This document shows, piece after piece, positions 1 to 15,053 of a stretch of DNA of 32,000 nt. The position numbers and the translations under genes were made by a program. The notes under the pieces were generated by a model. The model was not told the origin of the DNA and searched no databases. It saw nothing but the letters and a program-made list of their open reading frames with translations. This stretch comes from Mycolicibacterium smegmatis (GTDB taxonomy: Bacteria; Actinomycetota; Actinomycetes; Mycobacteriales; Mycobacteriaceae). How positions within the stretch are numbered: position 1 is the stretch's first letter; every line of letters starts with the position of its first letter. The stretch spans positions 4,590,001 to 4,622,000 of the forward strand of contig NZ_LN831039.1 of the NCBI RefSeq assembly GCF_001457595.1. The letters are read 5' to 3'.

Positions 1-974
1 CAGATCGGCGGCCTCGCGCTGCACCGCGAGGCACTGCCGGCCCACGGATCGCGCCGGATCGAGCCGGATGCGCAGCGGAACGGTGTTGATGAACAGGCCG
101 ACCATGGACTCGACACCGGACAGTTCGTCGGGACGGCCCGACACGGTCACGCCGTACACCACGTCGGTGCGGTCGGTAAACGCCGAGAGGATTGCCGCCC
201 AGGCCATCTGGAACAGCGTGTTGACCGTGACACCCCGCGCGCGTGCGCCGTCGAAGATCTCCGCGGACGCCTGCTCGTCCAGCGTGACCTCGGTGCGTGC
301 GGGCAGTCCCGGTTCGGCCTCGCGGCCCGACAGCGCGGGCGACAGCAGTGTCGGGCCGTCCAGCCCGTCGAGGTGGGCGCGCCACCTCGCGCGGCTGGCG
401 TCGTGATCGCGCCCGGCGAGCCAGCCGATGTAATCACGGTATGGACGCGGCGCCGCGGGGAACACCGCGGTGTCGCCGTCGGCCGCGTACAGCGTGATGT
501 ACTCGCCCACGAACACGGGCAACGACCAGCCGTCGATCGCGATGTGGTGAGCCGTGACCACCAGACGCCAACGCTGCGCGGGCATCTCGATGAGCAGGAA
601 CCGGATGAGCGGTCCACGCCCGAGATCGAAACGGCGCGTGCGCTCCTCGGCCTCGATGGCAGCGGCGGCCTCGGCCGTGGGCGCGGTGACGTGCCGCCAC
701 GGGAGATCGACGGCCGTCGGCACCACCGCGACCGGGCGGGTCAGGTTGCCCTGGAAGAAACTCGCCCGCAGGTTGGGGTGGCGCACCAGCATCGCCTCGG
801 CGCACGACCGCAGCAGCGCCGGATCGACGGCACCCTCGATGTCAGCCGCCATCGCGATGACGTACGGGTCGGCACCCGTGTCCTCCTCGGTGAGCCCGGC
901 CAGCGAGTACAGGCCCTGCTGCAGCGGGCTCAGCGCCAGGACGTCCTCGATGCCCGGCGGGGTTCCGGTGGCGG

Positions 975-978
<4 letters not shown>
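1..978 (-). CDS. mbtF: Mycobactin NRPS MbtF, N-terminal part only (condensation domain); ORF is open to the left edge
   Basis: Absent from the ORF track because it runs off the window. Hand translation from ATG 978-976 (ATGA overlap with the mbtE stop at 975-977) gives 326 codons with no stop: MTATGTPPGIEDVLALSPLQQGLYSLAG...LVVTAHHIAIDGWSLPVF...VNTLFQMAWAAIL...GLFINTVPLRI. These include the C-domain motifs C1 and HHxxxDG. Its position after mbtE matches the M. tuberculosis order. Confidence 0.85.
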
Positions 979-6426
<5,448 letters not shown>

Positions 6427-6434
<8 letters not shown>

Positions 6435-9420
6435 GCGAGAACGTTTCCTTTTCGGGTCTTTCGAGGTGCTCGATCAGCTCGGTGGCGGTCACTCCGCCGA
6501 GCAGGGTGGCCAACGGCACGGAGCGTCCGGTGGTCTTCTTGAGCTTCTTGCGCAGGTCGAGCGCCAGCAGTGAGTCGACGCCCAGGTCCAGCAGCGACGC
6601 GTCGAGGTCCAGACCCGTGGTGTCGGCCAGCTTGAGAACCGCAGCCAGCGCGATGCGTACCGCCGCACCCGTGTCGTGGTGCTCGGCATCGGCGGGTGGG
6701 CCCGCATCGCGGTGCTGCGCTGCGTGGGTGGCTTCCCGTCCGGTGCCGGTATCGGCATCGGTGCCGAGAAAAAGTGCGAGGCGCTGCGCGTCGGCGCTGA
6801 ACACCAGCGGGTCACCCGCAAAGTCCTGCAGCGCGGTGTCGACCGCCCGGTCAGGCGCCATGGCCCGCAGGCCCGAGCGTTCGACGCGCGTGATCTCGTC
6901 TGCGTCGATGATCCCCGCACCCGGCCACAGACCCCAGCGCACCGCGGTGCACCGGCGGCCCTCGGAGCGAAGCCGTTCCGCCATGACGTCGAGCAGACGG
7001 TTCGCGGCCGCGTACGCGGCGTGTCCGTGGCCGCCCCACAGCCCGGACACCGACGAGCACAGCAGGATTCGCGCGTCCGGCCGCACGGGCCACGCCGCGA
7101 GCACGTTCTCGATGCCCGCGAGTTTCGCGGTGAACGTGGCCTGCGCGGCCGCGCCGGTGAGTGCGGAGCCTGCCGCGATGGTTGCCGTCGCCGCGGCGTG
7201 CACGATCAGAGACGCACCCTGTCCACCGAATTCGGCGGCGACGTCGCGTACCCGTGGAATGTCGGTGAGATCGCAACGCGGCGCGACGATCTCGACGCCG
7301 AGAGGAAGCTCGTCCACGCGGTTCCCCTCGATCCCGTTGCGGCTCAACAGCACGATGCGCCGTGCGCCCAGCGCCGCGAGGCGTCGGGCGAACTGCAGTC
7401 CGACCGCGCCGGTACCGCCGGTGATCACGACGTCGTCCAGGACGCCGGTGGGCCACGGCGCTGCCGCGGCCGACGCGTCGCGCATACCGCGGCGCCACAG
7501 GGTTGTCCCGGGACCGTCGGCAACGTCACACCGCAGCGCGAGATCCGTGGTGCCCGTGACCATCGCGGCGACAGCGGTGACCGCGGCCTCGGTGTCCAGG
7601 CCCATCGGGACGTCGAGTTGCCGGAAGTTCTGGTCGGGGTGTTCGAAGGCGATGCTGCGGTGCATCGCGGCCACGGCCGCCCCGACGGGCAGTGACCCGT
7701 CCCGGTCCACCGGGACGTGCTCGCCGCGGCCGGTCACCAGCCACACGTCACGCGTGGTCTCGGTGAGCAGGTCGGGGTAGCGCAGCAGACCTTCGTCGAT
7801 GCGCCTGCCGAGTACCTCGGCCGCGACCACCGGATCGTTCTCGCCGATCATCGGTGCGACCACGACCAGCTTGTCGGCCTCGGCGGGTGCGACCACCTCG
7901 ACGCCCTCGATGCGCCGCGCCGCGTCACGCAGGTGGTCGGTGACAGCGCATCCCGGATCGAGTCCGACCACCGCGATGTGGTGGTGTCCGGACACGGCGG
8001 GCACCGCCACCGGATGCCATTGCTCGGCCGCGACCGTCAGACCCGTGACCGGCGGGAGGGGATCGGGTCGGGCCCAGAGGTGTTCGGCGCGCATGGGCGC
8101 GAACGGGAAGTCGGGCAGGACGGCAAGGCTGTCGCCGAGTTGGTCGCTCCAGCGGTATCCCGTGTCGGCCAGCGCGACCGTGATGACGTTGTCGGCGAGG
8201 CGCTCCGGCAGGGGTTCGTCACGCCTGCCGGATCCGACGAGCACCACGCCGCGGGTGGACTCGAGCAACTCGCCCATGTTGAACAACAGCGCGGGATGTG
8301 CCGAGAGTTCGACGAAGATGCGGGCCCCGCGCCGGGCGGCGCGTGCGACCGCCTGATCGAACCGCACGGTGGTGCGCAGGTTCGTGTACCAGTAGTCGGC
8401 GAAATCCGTTCCCGCCGTGACGACATCGGCCGTGGCCGAGCCGATGAACTGCACGGGCGTCTCGGCGAACCGCCCGGCAGGCAGCAGGGCGTCGAGGTCG
8501 GCGCGCACACCGTCGAGCGCGGTGGTGTGCGCGGGGAACCACATCTCGATCTCCCTGGCGAACGCACCGCGTGCGGCGACCGTGCGCACGGCGGCGGCCA
8601 CGGCGTCGGTCTCCCCCGACACCGCGACCGACGACGGTGAGTTCACCACGGAAAGCTCGAGCCAGCCCGGGGTTTCGGCGATCACTTCGGCTGCCTGCTC
8701 CGGTGTGATGCCGAGTACCGCGACGCGGTACGGGCCGGTGAGCCGGTCGAGCACCGTCGCGCGGGCGATGACGATCGCGACCGCCTCGGGCAGGGTGATG
8801 GCCCCGGCGACATAGGCCGCGCCGATCTCGCCGAGGCTGTGGCCCACCGTGATGTCGGGCACCACCCCGTAGGACCGCCAGACCCGCGCGAGTGCGACGC
8901 CGTGCACGAACTGGGCGCCCTGGATCTGCACCTGCGAGAAGTCGTTGGTGCTGACGCCGGAATCCGGGTCGGCGAGCAGGTAGTCCAGCGGTGAGGCCGC
9001 ACCGGCCGCGTCGAACGCGGCGGCGCAGCGGTCCACCTCGGCGCGGTACTCGTCGAGTCGGTAGGCCTCGACGCCCATCGACGGCCACTGGCTGCCCTGG
9101 CCGGGGAACACGAACGCGACGCGGCGCCGCGAACCGGGCTGCGGCGCCGCGGCTCTCGTCACGAGCGGATGGTCGACGCCGTCGGCGAGCGCCCGCAGTC
9201 CCGCGGTGAGTTCGTCGAGGCCCCCGGCCCGGATCACGGCGCGGTGCCTGCGCAGGCGGCGGGTGCGCAGCAGCGTGTGCGCCACGTCGGACGGCGCGGT
9301 GTCACCCCTGCCTTCGAGGTACCGCAGGATCGCCGCCGCGTCGTGGGTGATCAGATCCTCGGCGTGTGCGCTGAGCACGATCGGCACGCGCGCGTCGGAC
9401 AACGTTCCGTCGGTCATCAC
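6427..9420 (-). CDS. mbtD: Mycobactin polyketide synthase MbtD (AT-KR-ACP)
   Basis: Track ORF of 997 aa. It starts with a post-KS linker (VPIVLSAH). AT motifs are FVFPGQGSQW and GHSLGE; the KR Rossmann motif is ITGGTGAVGLQFARRLA; the ACP motif is LGVDSLLALDL. Start is GTG 9420 or ATG 9417, overlapping the mbtC stop. Confidence 0.9.
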
Positions 9421-10718
9421 GCGGCCTCCGGGATCGCGACGATCGCGTGCGCGTTGGTGCCGCTCATCCCGAACGCCGACACCGCCGCGATGCGTTCACC
9501 GCCGACCGCGGGCCACGGCGTGAGCTTGGTGGCCAGGCGCAGTCCCTGCGCTTCCCAGTCGATCTCGCCACTGGGCTGGTCGACGTGCAGGGTCGCCGGG
9601 ATCGCCGCACGTCGCCCGGCGAGCAGCACCTTGGCCAGCCCGAGTCCGCCCGCGGCGGCCTGTGCGTGGCCCACGTTCGATTTCACCGAGCCCAGCACGG
9701 CACCCGCACCGGGGGCGGTGGCGCCGTAGGTCTGTGCGAGCGAGCGCAGTTCGGTGCGGTCGCCCAGTCGGGTCCCGGTGCCGTGGCCTTCGATCATCCC
9801 GACGTCCTCGGGGCGGATCCCGGCCCGGTCGATGGACTTGCGGAACAGGCGTTCCTGCGCCGCACCGCTGGGCGCGGTGAGCCCGGTGGTGCGTCCGTCC
9901 TGGTTGAGTGCGGTGGCACGGATCTCGGCCAGGATGCGGCGGCCGTCGCGCACTGCGGCGGATCGGCGTTGCAGGACGAACATCGCCGCGCCCTCGGCCC
10001 AGACCGTGCCGCTCGCGTGGGCGCTGTAGGGGCGGCAGTGGCCGTCGTCGGACAGTGCGTGCTGTTTGGAGAATTCGACGAAGTACCCCGGTGAGCCCAT
10101 CACGCACACCGCGCCGGTCACCGCCAGATCGCAGTCTCCCGCGCGCAGCGCGCCGACCGCGGTGTGCAACGCGGTGAGCGCCGACGAGCACGAGGTGTCG
10201 ACCGTGACGGCGGGCCCGGCCAGGTCCAGCGTGTATGCGATGCGGCCGGCGATGACCCCGAGCGAGGTCCCGGTGATGAGATGCCCGCTGTGGTGGGAGA
10301 ACTCGGAAAGCGGCGGGCCGTACTCCAGGCCGGAGGCGCCGATGTAGCAGCCGGCGTCGTGGCCGGCGAGATCGTCGGGGTTGATCCCGCTGTTCTCCAG
10401 CGCCCGCCACGCGACGCGCAACGCGACGCGTTGCTGCGGATCCATGGCGACGGCCTCGCGCGGCGAGATGCCGAAGAACGCCGGATCGAATTCACCCGCA
10501 CCGGACAGGAAGCCGCCCAGATCGTTGATGGGCTTGAAGCCGTCGCGGCGGGAGCCGTCGAACAGTGCCCCGATGTCCCAGCCACGGTCGCGCGGGAACC
10601 GCCCGAGTGCCTCGCGTTCCTCGGTGAGCAGCGTCCAGTAGTCGTCGGCGGTCGTGACCCCGCCGGGGGCCTCGAGCGCCATCCCGACGATGACGACCGG
10701 GTCCTCACCAGAGCTCAT
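9417..10718 (-). CDS. mbtC: Mycobactin polyketide synthase MbtC (ketosynthase)
   Basis: Track ORF 9417..10769. KS motifs are DTSCSSAL (active-site Cys), EGHGTGT and NVGHAQ. I prefer ATG 10718 (MSSGEDPVVIVGMALE...), which overlaps the upstream stop by 14 nt. The 10769 start would add a Thr/Ser-rich 17 aa and a 65-nt overlap. Confidence 0.88.
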   Translation of the reverse strand: MSSGEDPVVIVGMALEAPGGVTTADDYWTLLTEEREALGRFPRDRGWDIGALFDGSRRDGFKPINDLGGFLSGAGEFDPAFFGISPREAVAMDPQQRVALRVAWRALENSGINPDDLAGHDAGCYIGASGLEYGPPLSEFSHHSGHLITGTSLGVIAGRIAYTLDLAGPAVTVDTSCSSALTALHTAVGALRAGDCDLAVTGAVCVMGSPGYFVEFSKQHALSDDGHCRPYSAHASGTVWAEGAAMFVLQRRSAAVRDGRRILAEIRATALNQDGRTTGLTAPSGAAQERLFRKSIDRAGIRPEDVGMIEGHGTGTRLGDRTELRSLAQTYGATAPGAGAVLGSVKSNVGHAQAAAGGLGLAKVLLAGRRAAIPATLHVDQPSGEIDWEAQGLRLATKLTPWPAVGGERIAAVSAFGMSGTNAHAIVAIPEAA

Positions 10719-11451
10719 TGACCAGCTCCGCGACGTCGTCGGTGTAGTCGTTGATGTAGAAGTGCCCACCGTCGAACATCGACAGCGTGAACGCCCCTTC
10801 GGTGTGGATCTGCCAGCCGCGCAGCATGTCCTCGCTGATGCGGTGGTCCTGTTCCCCGCCGAGGGCGTGGATGTCGGCCGCGATCGTCACGCCCTGATCG
10901 CACGAGTACCGGTTGAACGCCTCGTAGTCGGCGCGCACTGCCGTGAGCAGCAGCTCCACGAAGTCGTCGTCGGCCAGCAGCTGCGGGTCGGTGCCGCCGA
11001 GGTCCACCATCTCGGCGATGATCTCGGACTCCCCCATCGGCAACGCCGGGGATGCGGCGACCGCGGACGGCGCCTCGCTCGCCGAAACCCAGAGCGCCTC
11101 CACCGCAACGCCGTTGCGTTCGGCGACACGGGCGAACTCGAAGGCCACGACCGCGCCCATGCAGTGGCCGAACAGACACAGCGGCCCGAGCCGTGTCCAG
11201 TCGCCCGCCTCGAAGAGGTCACGTGCCAGGTCGCCGACCGTGGCCGGCGCGGGATGCGACAGCCGGTCGCCGCGGCGCGGGTACTGCATGACGTAGGCGT
11301 CGGAGCCGGCCTCGGCCAGCGCGAGTGCGAAGGGCCGGTACGCCAGGGCCGCACCGCCGGCGTGCGGGAACACCAGTGTGGGCCCGCTGGCGGTGTTTTC
11401 GGCTGGATACCTCTTGATCCAGGATTCGAGCGAGACCTCGGTGCCCGTCAC
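10705..11451 (-). CDS. Stand-alone type II-like thioesterase (alpha/beta hydrolase), equivalent to the TE domain fused to MbtB in M. tuberculosis; nucleophile motif GHCMG
   Basis: Track ORF of 248 aa. The GTG start overlaps the mbtB stop (GTGA at 11448-11451). TEII-like pattern: LVFPHAGGAALAYRPF, YPRRGDR, LFGHCMGAVVAFEFA, GGEQD and FDGGHFY. Confidence 0.85.
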   Translation of the reverse strand: MTGTEVSLESWIKRYPAENTASGPTLVFPHAGGAALAYRPFALALAEAGSDAYVMQYPRRGDRLSHPAPATVGDLARDLFEAGDWTRLGPLCLFGHCMGAVVAFEFARVAERNGVAVEALWVSASEAPSAVAASPALPMGESEIIAEMVDLGGTDPQLLADDDFVELLLTAVRADYEAFNRYSCDQGVTIAADIHALGGEQDHRISEDMLRGWQIHTEGAFTLSMFDGGHFYINDYTDDVAELVNELW

Positions 11452-14400
11452 GATGTCGCGGCGGTGTCGAGTGCGGACATCACTGCGGCGTCATCCATCG
11501 CGGCGACCTCCAGATAGAGTTCGGCGACTTGTTCGAGGCGGCTGCCGTCGGCCTCCCTGGCGACCAGACGGCTCGCGAGTTTCTCGACCGTGCGGGTGGC
11601 GAAGATGTCGGGCACCATCACGGTCGGGGTGTCCAGCCAATCGCGGATCCGTGCGACCGCCGCGGTCGCGAGCACGGAATCTCCGCCCAGTTCGAAGAAG
11701 TCCTCGTCGGCGCCGACATCGGCCACCGAGAGCAGTTCACCCAGGATCGCCGCGAGAGCACGCTCCAAGCTGGTCTCGGGTCGCCGTGCGGTGCCGCGCC
11801 CACCAGCCTGCGCCTGTTCGACGGCCTCGGCGAGCAGACGCGCAACCGCACGCCGATCGGTCTTGCCGCCGACGGTGAACGGCACCTTTCCGGTGAGTTC
11901 GAAGTGCCGCGGAACCATGTGCGGCGGAAGCAGTTCCGCCAGACCTGCCCGCAGGTCGGCGTCGGTCACCGAGGTGTCGTCGAGCCCGACGACGGCGGCC
12001 AGCAGGTCACCGGCAGGGGTGTCCACGATGTCGGCGACCGCGGCATGCACACCGGGAAGGCGCTGCAGTGCGGCCTCGACCTCGCCCAGTTCGATGCGGT
12101 AGCCGCTGAGCTTGACGCGGTGGTCGGCGCGACCGACGAATTCCAGTGTGCCGTCCGGCCAGTAGCGTGCCAGGTCTCCGGTGCGGTACCAGCGGCGGCC
12201 GCACCAGGTGACGAACTTCTCGGCGGTCAGGTCGGGCTTGCCGCGGTAGCCGCGGGCGATCCCGCGACCGCCGATCCACAGTTCACCGGGCACCCAGTCG
12301 GGGCAGTCCTGTCCCGCGGCGTTGACCACGCGGCACGCGTTGTTAGGGAACGGCGCGCCGTACGGCACCGCCGTCCAGTGCTCGGGCAGCTCCTTGGCCT
12401 CGAAAAGCGTCGCGTGGATCGCGGTTTCGGTCGCCCCGCCCAGACCCGTCAACACCACGCCCGGTGACAACTGCTGCAGCTTGCGCACCATGGTGGTGCG
12501 CACCCAGTCACCCCCAGTGGGCACGGCGCGCAGTGAGGGCATGGATGTCCTTGTCGACCATGCGGTTTCGACCAGCATCTCCAGCGATCCGGGCAGGAAG
12601 TTCAGCGTCGTGACACCGTGGGCGTTGATCTGGGCGACCCAGTGATCGGGATTGCGCCGGTCGGCCTCGTCGACCATCACGATGGCGCCACCTGCGGCCA
12701 GCGTGCCGAACACGTCGAGCACCGACAGGTCCGATTCCAGATGGGTCAGCGCCAGCACGCTGTCGTCGGGTCCGGTGCCGAAGTAGGTGTTGAGCGTCTC
12801 GACGGTGTTCATCGCGGCGTCGTGGGTGACCTCGACGCCCTTGGGCTCGCCCGTCGAACCGGACGTGAACAGCACGTAGGCCAGGTCGTCGGGCGCAGCG
12901 GAGACCGGTTCGACCGTCTCGTGGCGCCGGCCCACCAGGACGGCCTCGGTGACCGTCAGCGCGGGCAGCCATGTCGGGGTGGCGTCTGCGCAGAACAGTG
13001 CCATGCGGACGCCGGCGTCGGCGAGCATGCGTTCGGCGCGGTCGGTGGGCTGGTCGACACCGACCGGCACGTACACCGCACCGGCAGCCAGGATGCCCAG
13101 CAGCGCCGGAATCTGGTCGGGCCCTTTGGGTCCCATCACCGCGACGCTCTCACCGCGGCGCACACCCGCGACACGCAGGGCCGTCGCGACGGCCAATGCC
13201 TGCTCGCGCAGTTCGGCGTAGGTCAGCGGGCCTTTCGACCCGATCAGGGCCACGGCGCCGGGGCGCATCGCGGCCTGTTCGAAGAAGCCGTCGTGCAGTG
13301 CGCGTCCGCTCGGCGGGGCGGACCTCGCGTTCACCGCGTCACGCACATCGCGCTGGGACTGCGGCAGCAGCGGCGGCGACGGGATGTCCCACGCGGTGTC
13401 GTCGGTGGCGAGCCTGCGCAACTCGGCGATGTGGCGCGCGAACATCGCGTCGATCACGCCGGGGCGGAAGGCGTCCTCGCGCACGTCCCAGTTCACCAGC
13501 ACGCCGCCGTCGAACTCGGTGACCTGCGCGTCGAGCAGCACCTGCGGGCCCTGCGAGTTGATCCACACCGGCTTGCCGAACGCATCGGTCACCTCGGTGG
13601 CGAACAGCTCGCCGAGGCCGAGCGCGCTCGTGTACACCACCGGCGCGATGACCTGGGTGCCGCGGTGACGCCCGAGATCACGCAGCACCGACAAACCCGG
13701 GTAGTTCGCGTGCCCGGCAGCGGCGCGGAAAGTGTCCTGCACGACCTTGGCGCGTTGCGTGGGCGTCGTCGTATCGGTCAGGTCGATGTCGAGCAGCAGC
13801 GACGACGTGAAGTCGCCGATGATCTTGTCGACGTCGGGATGACGCTGCTCGCGCCCGAACAGGGGCACGTTGAGCAGGAAGCGCTGATCGGCAGACCATC
13901 CCGCGAGCACCTCGGCGAACGAGGCCGCCAACGCCATGGCGGGCGTGATGCCCCGCTTGCGGGCCGCGGCGAACAGTGCGTCGCGTGTCTGCGGATCCAG
14001 CCAGTGGTGCCTGCGGGTGGTGTGGTGCGGGTCGGCCTGCTCGGCGACCGGCACCAGCGGCAGCCGCGGCGGATCGGGCAGATCGGGGATCCGCTCGGCC
14101 CACCACTTCTGGTCGGCGTCGCGTGCGGGGCCGCCCTCGGGAGTCTCGAGCCGGTACTCGCGGTAGGTGTAACCCAGCGCGGGCAGCGAGGTGCCCGAGT
14201 TGTACAGCGCGGCCAGGTCGGCCATCAGCGTGCGGTAGCTCATGGCGTCACCGGCCTGCATGTCGAGGTCGACGTGCAGGCGCGTGGCCCCACTCGGCAG
14301 CAAAGACAGTGTCAGCTCGAAGACCTCACCCTGCAACTGCTGATGCGACTTGGCCCGCTGGATCTCCGACAGACGCCGTGCCACCTCGTCGGGTGTGGCG

Positions 14401-14957
14401 GCCCGCAAATCCTCGACGGTGACCGGAAATTCGTTCGCCGGCGCGCCGATGCGCTGCGTGCCGTCGGGCAGGAACTCCACCCGCAGCATGGGGTGACGCT
14501 CGGCCAGCGCGGTCGCCGCGCGCCGCAGCCGCTCGGGGTCCACGCCCGTGCCGTCGAACTCGACGTAGAGATGCCCCGCGACCCCGCCGAGCTGCTGGTC
14601 CTCTTCGCGGCCCACCCACATCGCGTGCTGCATGGGGGCCAGCGGGAACGGTGCACCGGCCTGCTCGCCGGTCTCGGAGGGACGTGAGTTCGCGTGCGCC
14701 GACGACGCCTTGGAATCCGCCGAACGCGCGGCGATCAGCCGGGCCCAGTCGGACACGGTGGGATTGGCGGCCAGCGTCGCGAAATCGATGTCGATGCCCT
14801 GCTGACGCCAACGCCCGGCCAGCGACATCATTCGGATAGAGTCCAGGCCCTGTCCGATCAGATCGGCGTCGGGGTCGACGGCTTCGCTACCGATGCCGAG
14901 CAGATCGGCCACGGCCCCTCTGATCGTCTGCGAGTTCGCACCAGCGACGTCGCCCAT
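11448..14957 (-). CDS. mbtB: Mycobactin NRPS MbtB (ArCP-Cy-A-PCP; phenyloxazoline synthase)
   Basis: Track ORF of 1169 aa. Motifs: N-terminal aryl carrier GQGLDSIRMMSL; cyclization motif DxxxxDxxS (DMQAGDAMS); A domain LFTSGSTGEPKGV, YRTGDLARY and GRADHRVKLSGYRIELGEVE; PCP FFELGGDSVLA. SD GGGAGG lies 4 nt upstream of ATG 14957. Confidence 0.92.
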   Translation of the reverse strand: MGDVAGANSQTIRGAVADLLGIGSEAVDPDADLIGQGLDSIRMMSLAGRWRQQGIDIDFATLAANPTVSDWARLIAARSADSKASSAHANSRPSETGEQAGAPFPLAPMQHAMWVGREEDQQLGGVAGHLYVEFDGTGVDPERLRRAATALAERHPMLRVEFLPDGTQRIGAPANEFPVTVEDLRAATPDEVARRLSEIQRAKSHQQLQGEVFELTLSLLPSGATRLHVDLDMQAGDAMSYRTLMADLAALYNSGTSLPALGYTYREYRLETPEGGPARDADQKWWAERIPDLPDPPRLPLVPVAEQADPHHTTRRHHWLDPQTRDALFAAARKRGITPAMALAASFAEVLAGWSADQRFLLNVPLFGREQRHPDVDKIIGDFTSSLLLDIDLTDTTTPTQRAKVVQDTFRAAAGHANYPGLSVLRDLGRHRGTQVIAPVVYTSALGLGELFATEVTDAFGKPVWINSQGPQVLLDAQVTEFDGGVLVNWDVREDAFRPGVIDAMFARHIAELRRLATDDTAWDIPSPPLLPQSQRDVRDAVNARSAPPSGRALHDGFFEQAAMRPGAVALIGSKGPLTYAELREQALAVATALRVAGVRRGESVAVMGPKGPDQIPALLGILAAGAVYVPVGVDQPTDRAERMLADAGVRMALFCADATPTWLPALTVTEAVLVGRRHETVEPVSAAPDDLAYVLFTSGSTGEPKGVEVTHDAAMNTVETLNTYFGTGPDDSVLALTHLESDLSVLDVFGTLAAGGAIVMVDEADRRNPDHWVAQINAHGVTTLNFLPGSLEMLVETAWSTRTSMPSLRAVPTGGDWVRTTMVRKLQQLSPGVVLTGLGGATETAIHATLFEAKELPEHWTAVPYGAPFPNNACRVVNAAGQDCPDWVPGELWIGGRGIARGYRGKPDLTAEKFVTWCGRRWYRTGDLARYWPDGTLEFVGRADHRVKLSGYRIELGEVEAALQRLPGVHAAVADIVDTPAGDLLAAVVGLDDTSVTDADLRAGLAELLPPHMVPRHFELTGKVPFTVGGKTDRRAVARLLAEAVEQAQAGGRGTARRPETSLERALAAILGELLSVADVGADEDFFELGGDSVLATAAVARIRDWLDTPTVMVPDIFATRTVEKLASRLVAREADGSRLEQVAELYLEVAAMDDAAVMSALDTAATS

Positions 14958-14975
14958 ATGGCCTCCCGAACACGA

Positions 14976-14994
14976 TTAGCACAGGCTGTCCTAA
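14976..14994. promoter_or_regulatory. IdeR iron box 1 in the mbtB/mbtA divergent promoter
   Basis: TTAGCACAGGCTGTCCTAA matches the 19-bp IdeR consensus TTAGGTTAGGCTAACCTAA at 14/19 positions, including both TTAG/CTAA ends and the central AGGCT. Confidence 0.7.
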
Positions 14995-14995
14995 C

Positions 14996-15014
14996 TTCGT
15001 GGAGGCTACCCTAT
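14996..15014. promoter_or_regulatory. IdeR iron box 2 (weaker), directly abutting box 1
   Basis: TTCGTGGAGGCTACCCTAT matches the consensus at 13/19 positions, with a perfect central AGGCTA. It overlaps a candidate mbtA -10 (TATATT, 15012-15017) and, on the other strand, a candidate mbtB -10 (TAGCCT, 15003-15008). Confidence 0.5.
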
Positions 15015-15053
15015 ATTCGGGTGACCGATTTCGCCTACCCCCGAGGTCCAGCC

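Noticed and set aside
12618-14687. 689-aa plus-strand ORF
   Set aside because: It is antisense to mbtB (Cy and A domains), has no motifs and is a GC artefact.
14694-15053. Long N-terminal extension of the mbtA ORF, including the ATG at 14958 that abuts the mbtB ATG (CATATG)
   Set aside because: It would overlap mbtB antisense and read through both IdeR boxes and the promoter. Homology to MbtA begins only around LLAGFTPFPAERA, and GTG 15054 has an SD.
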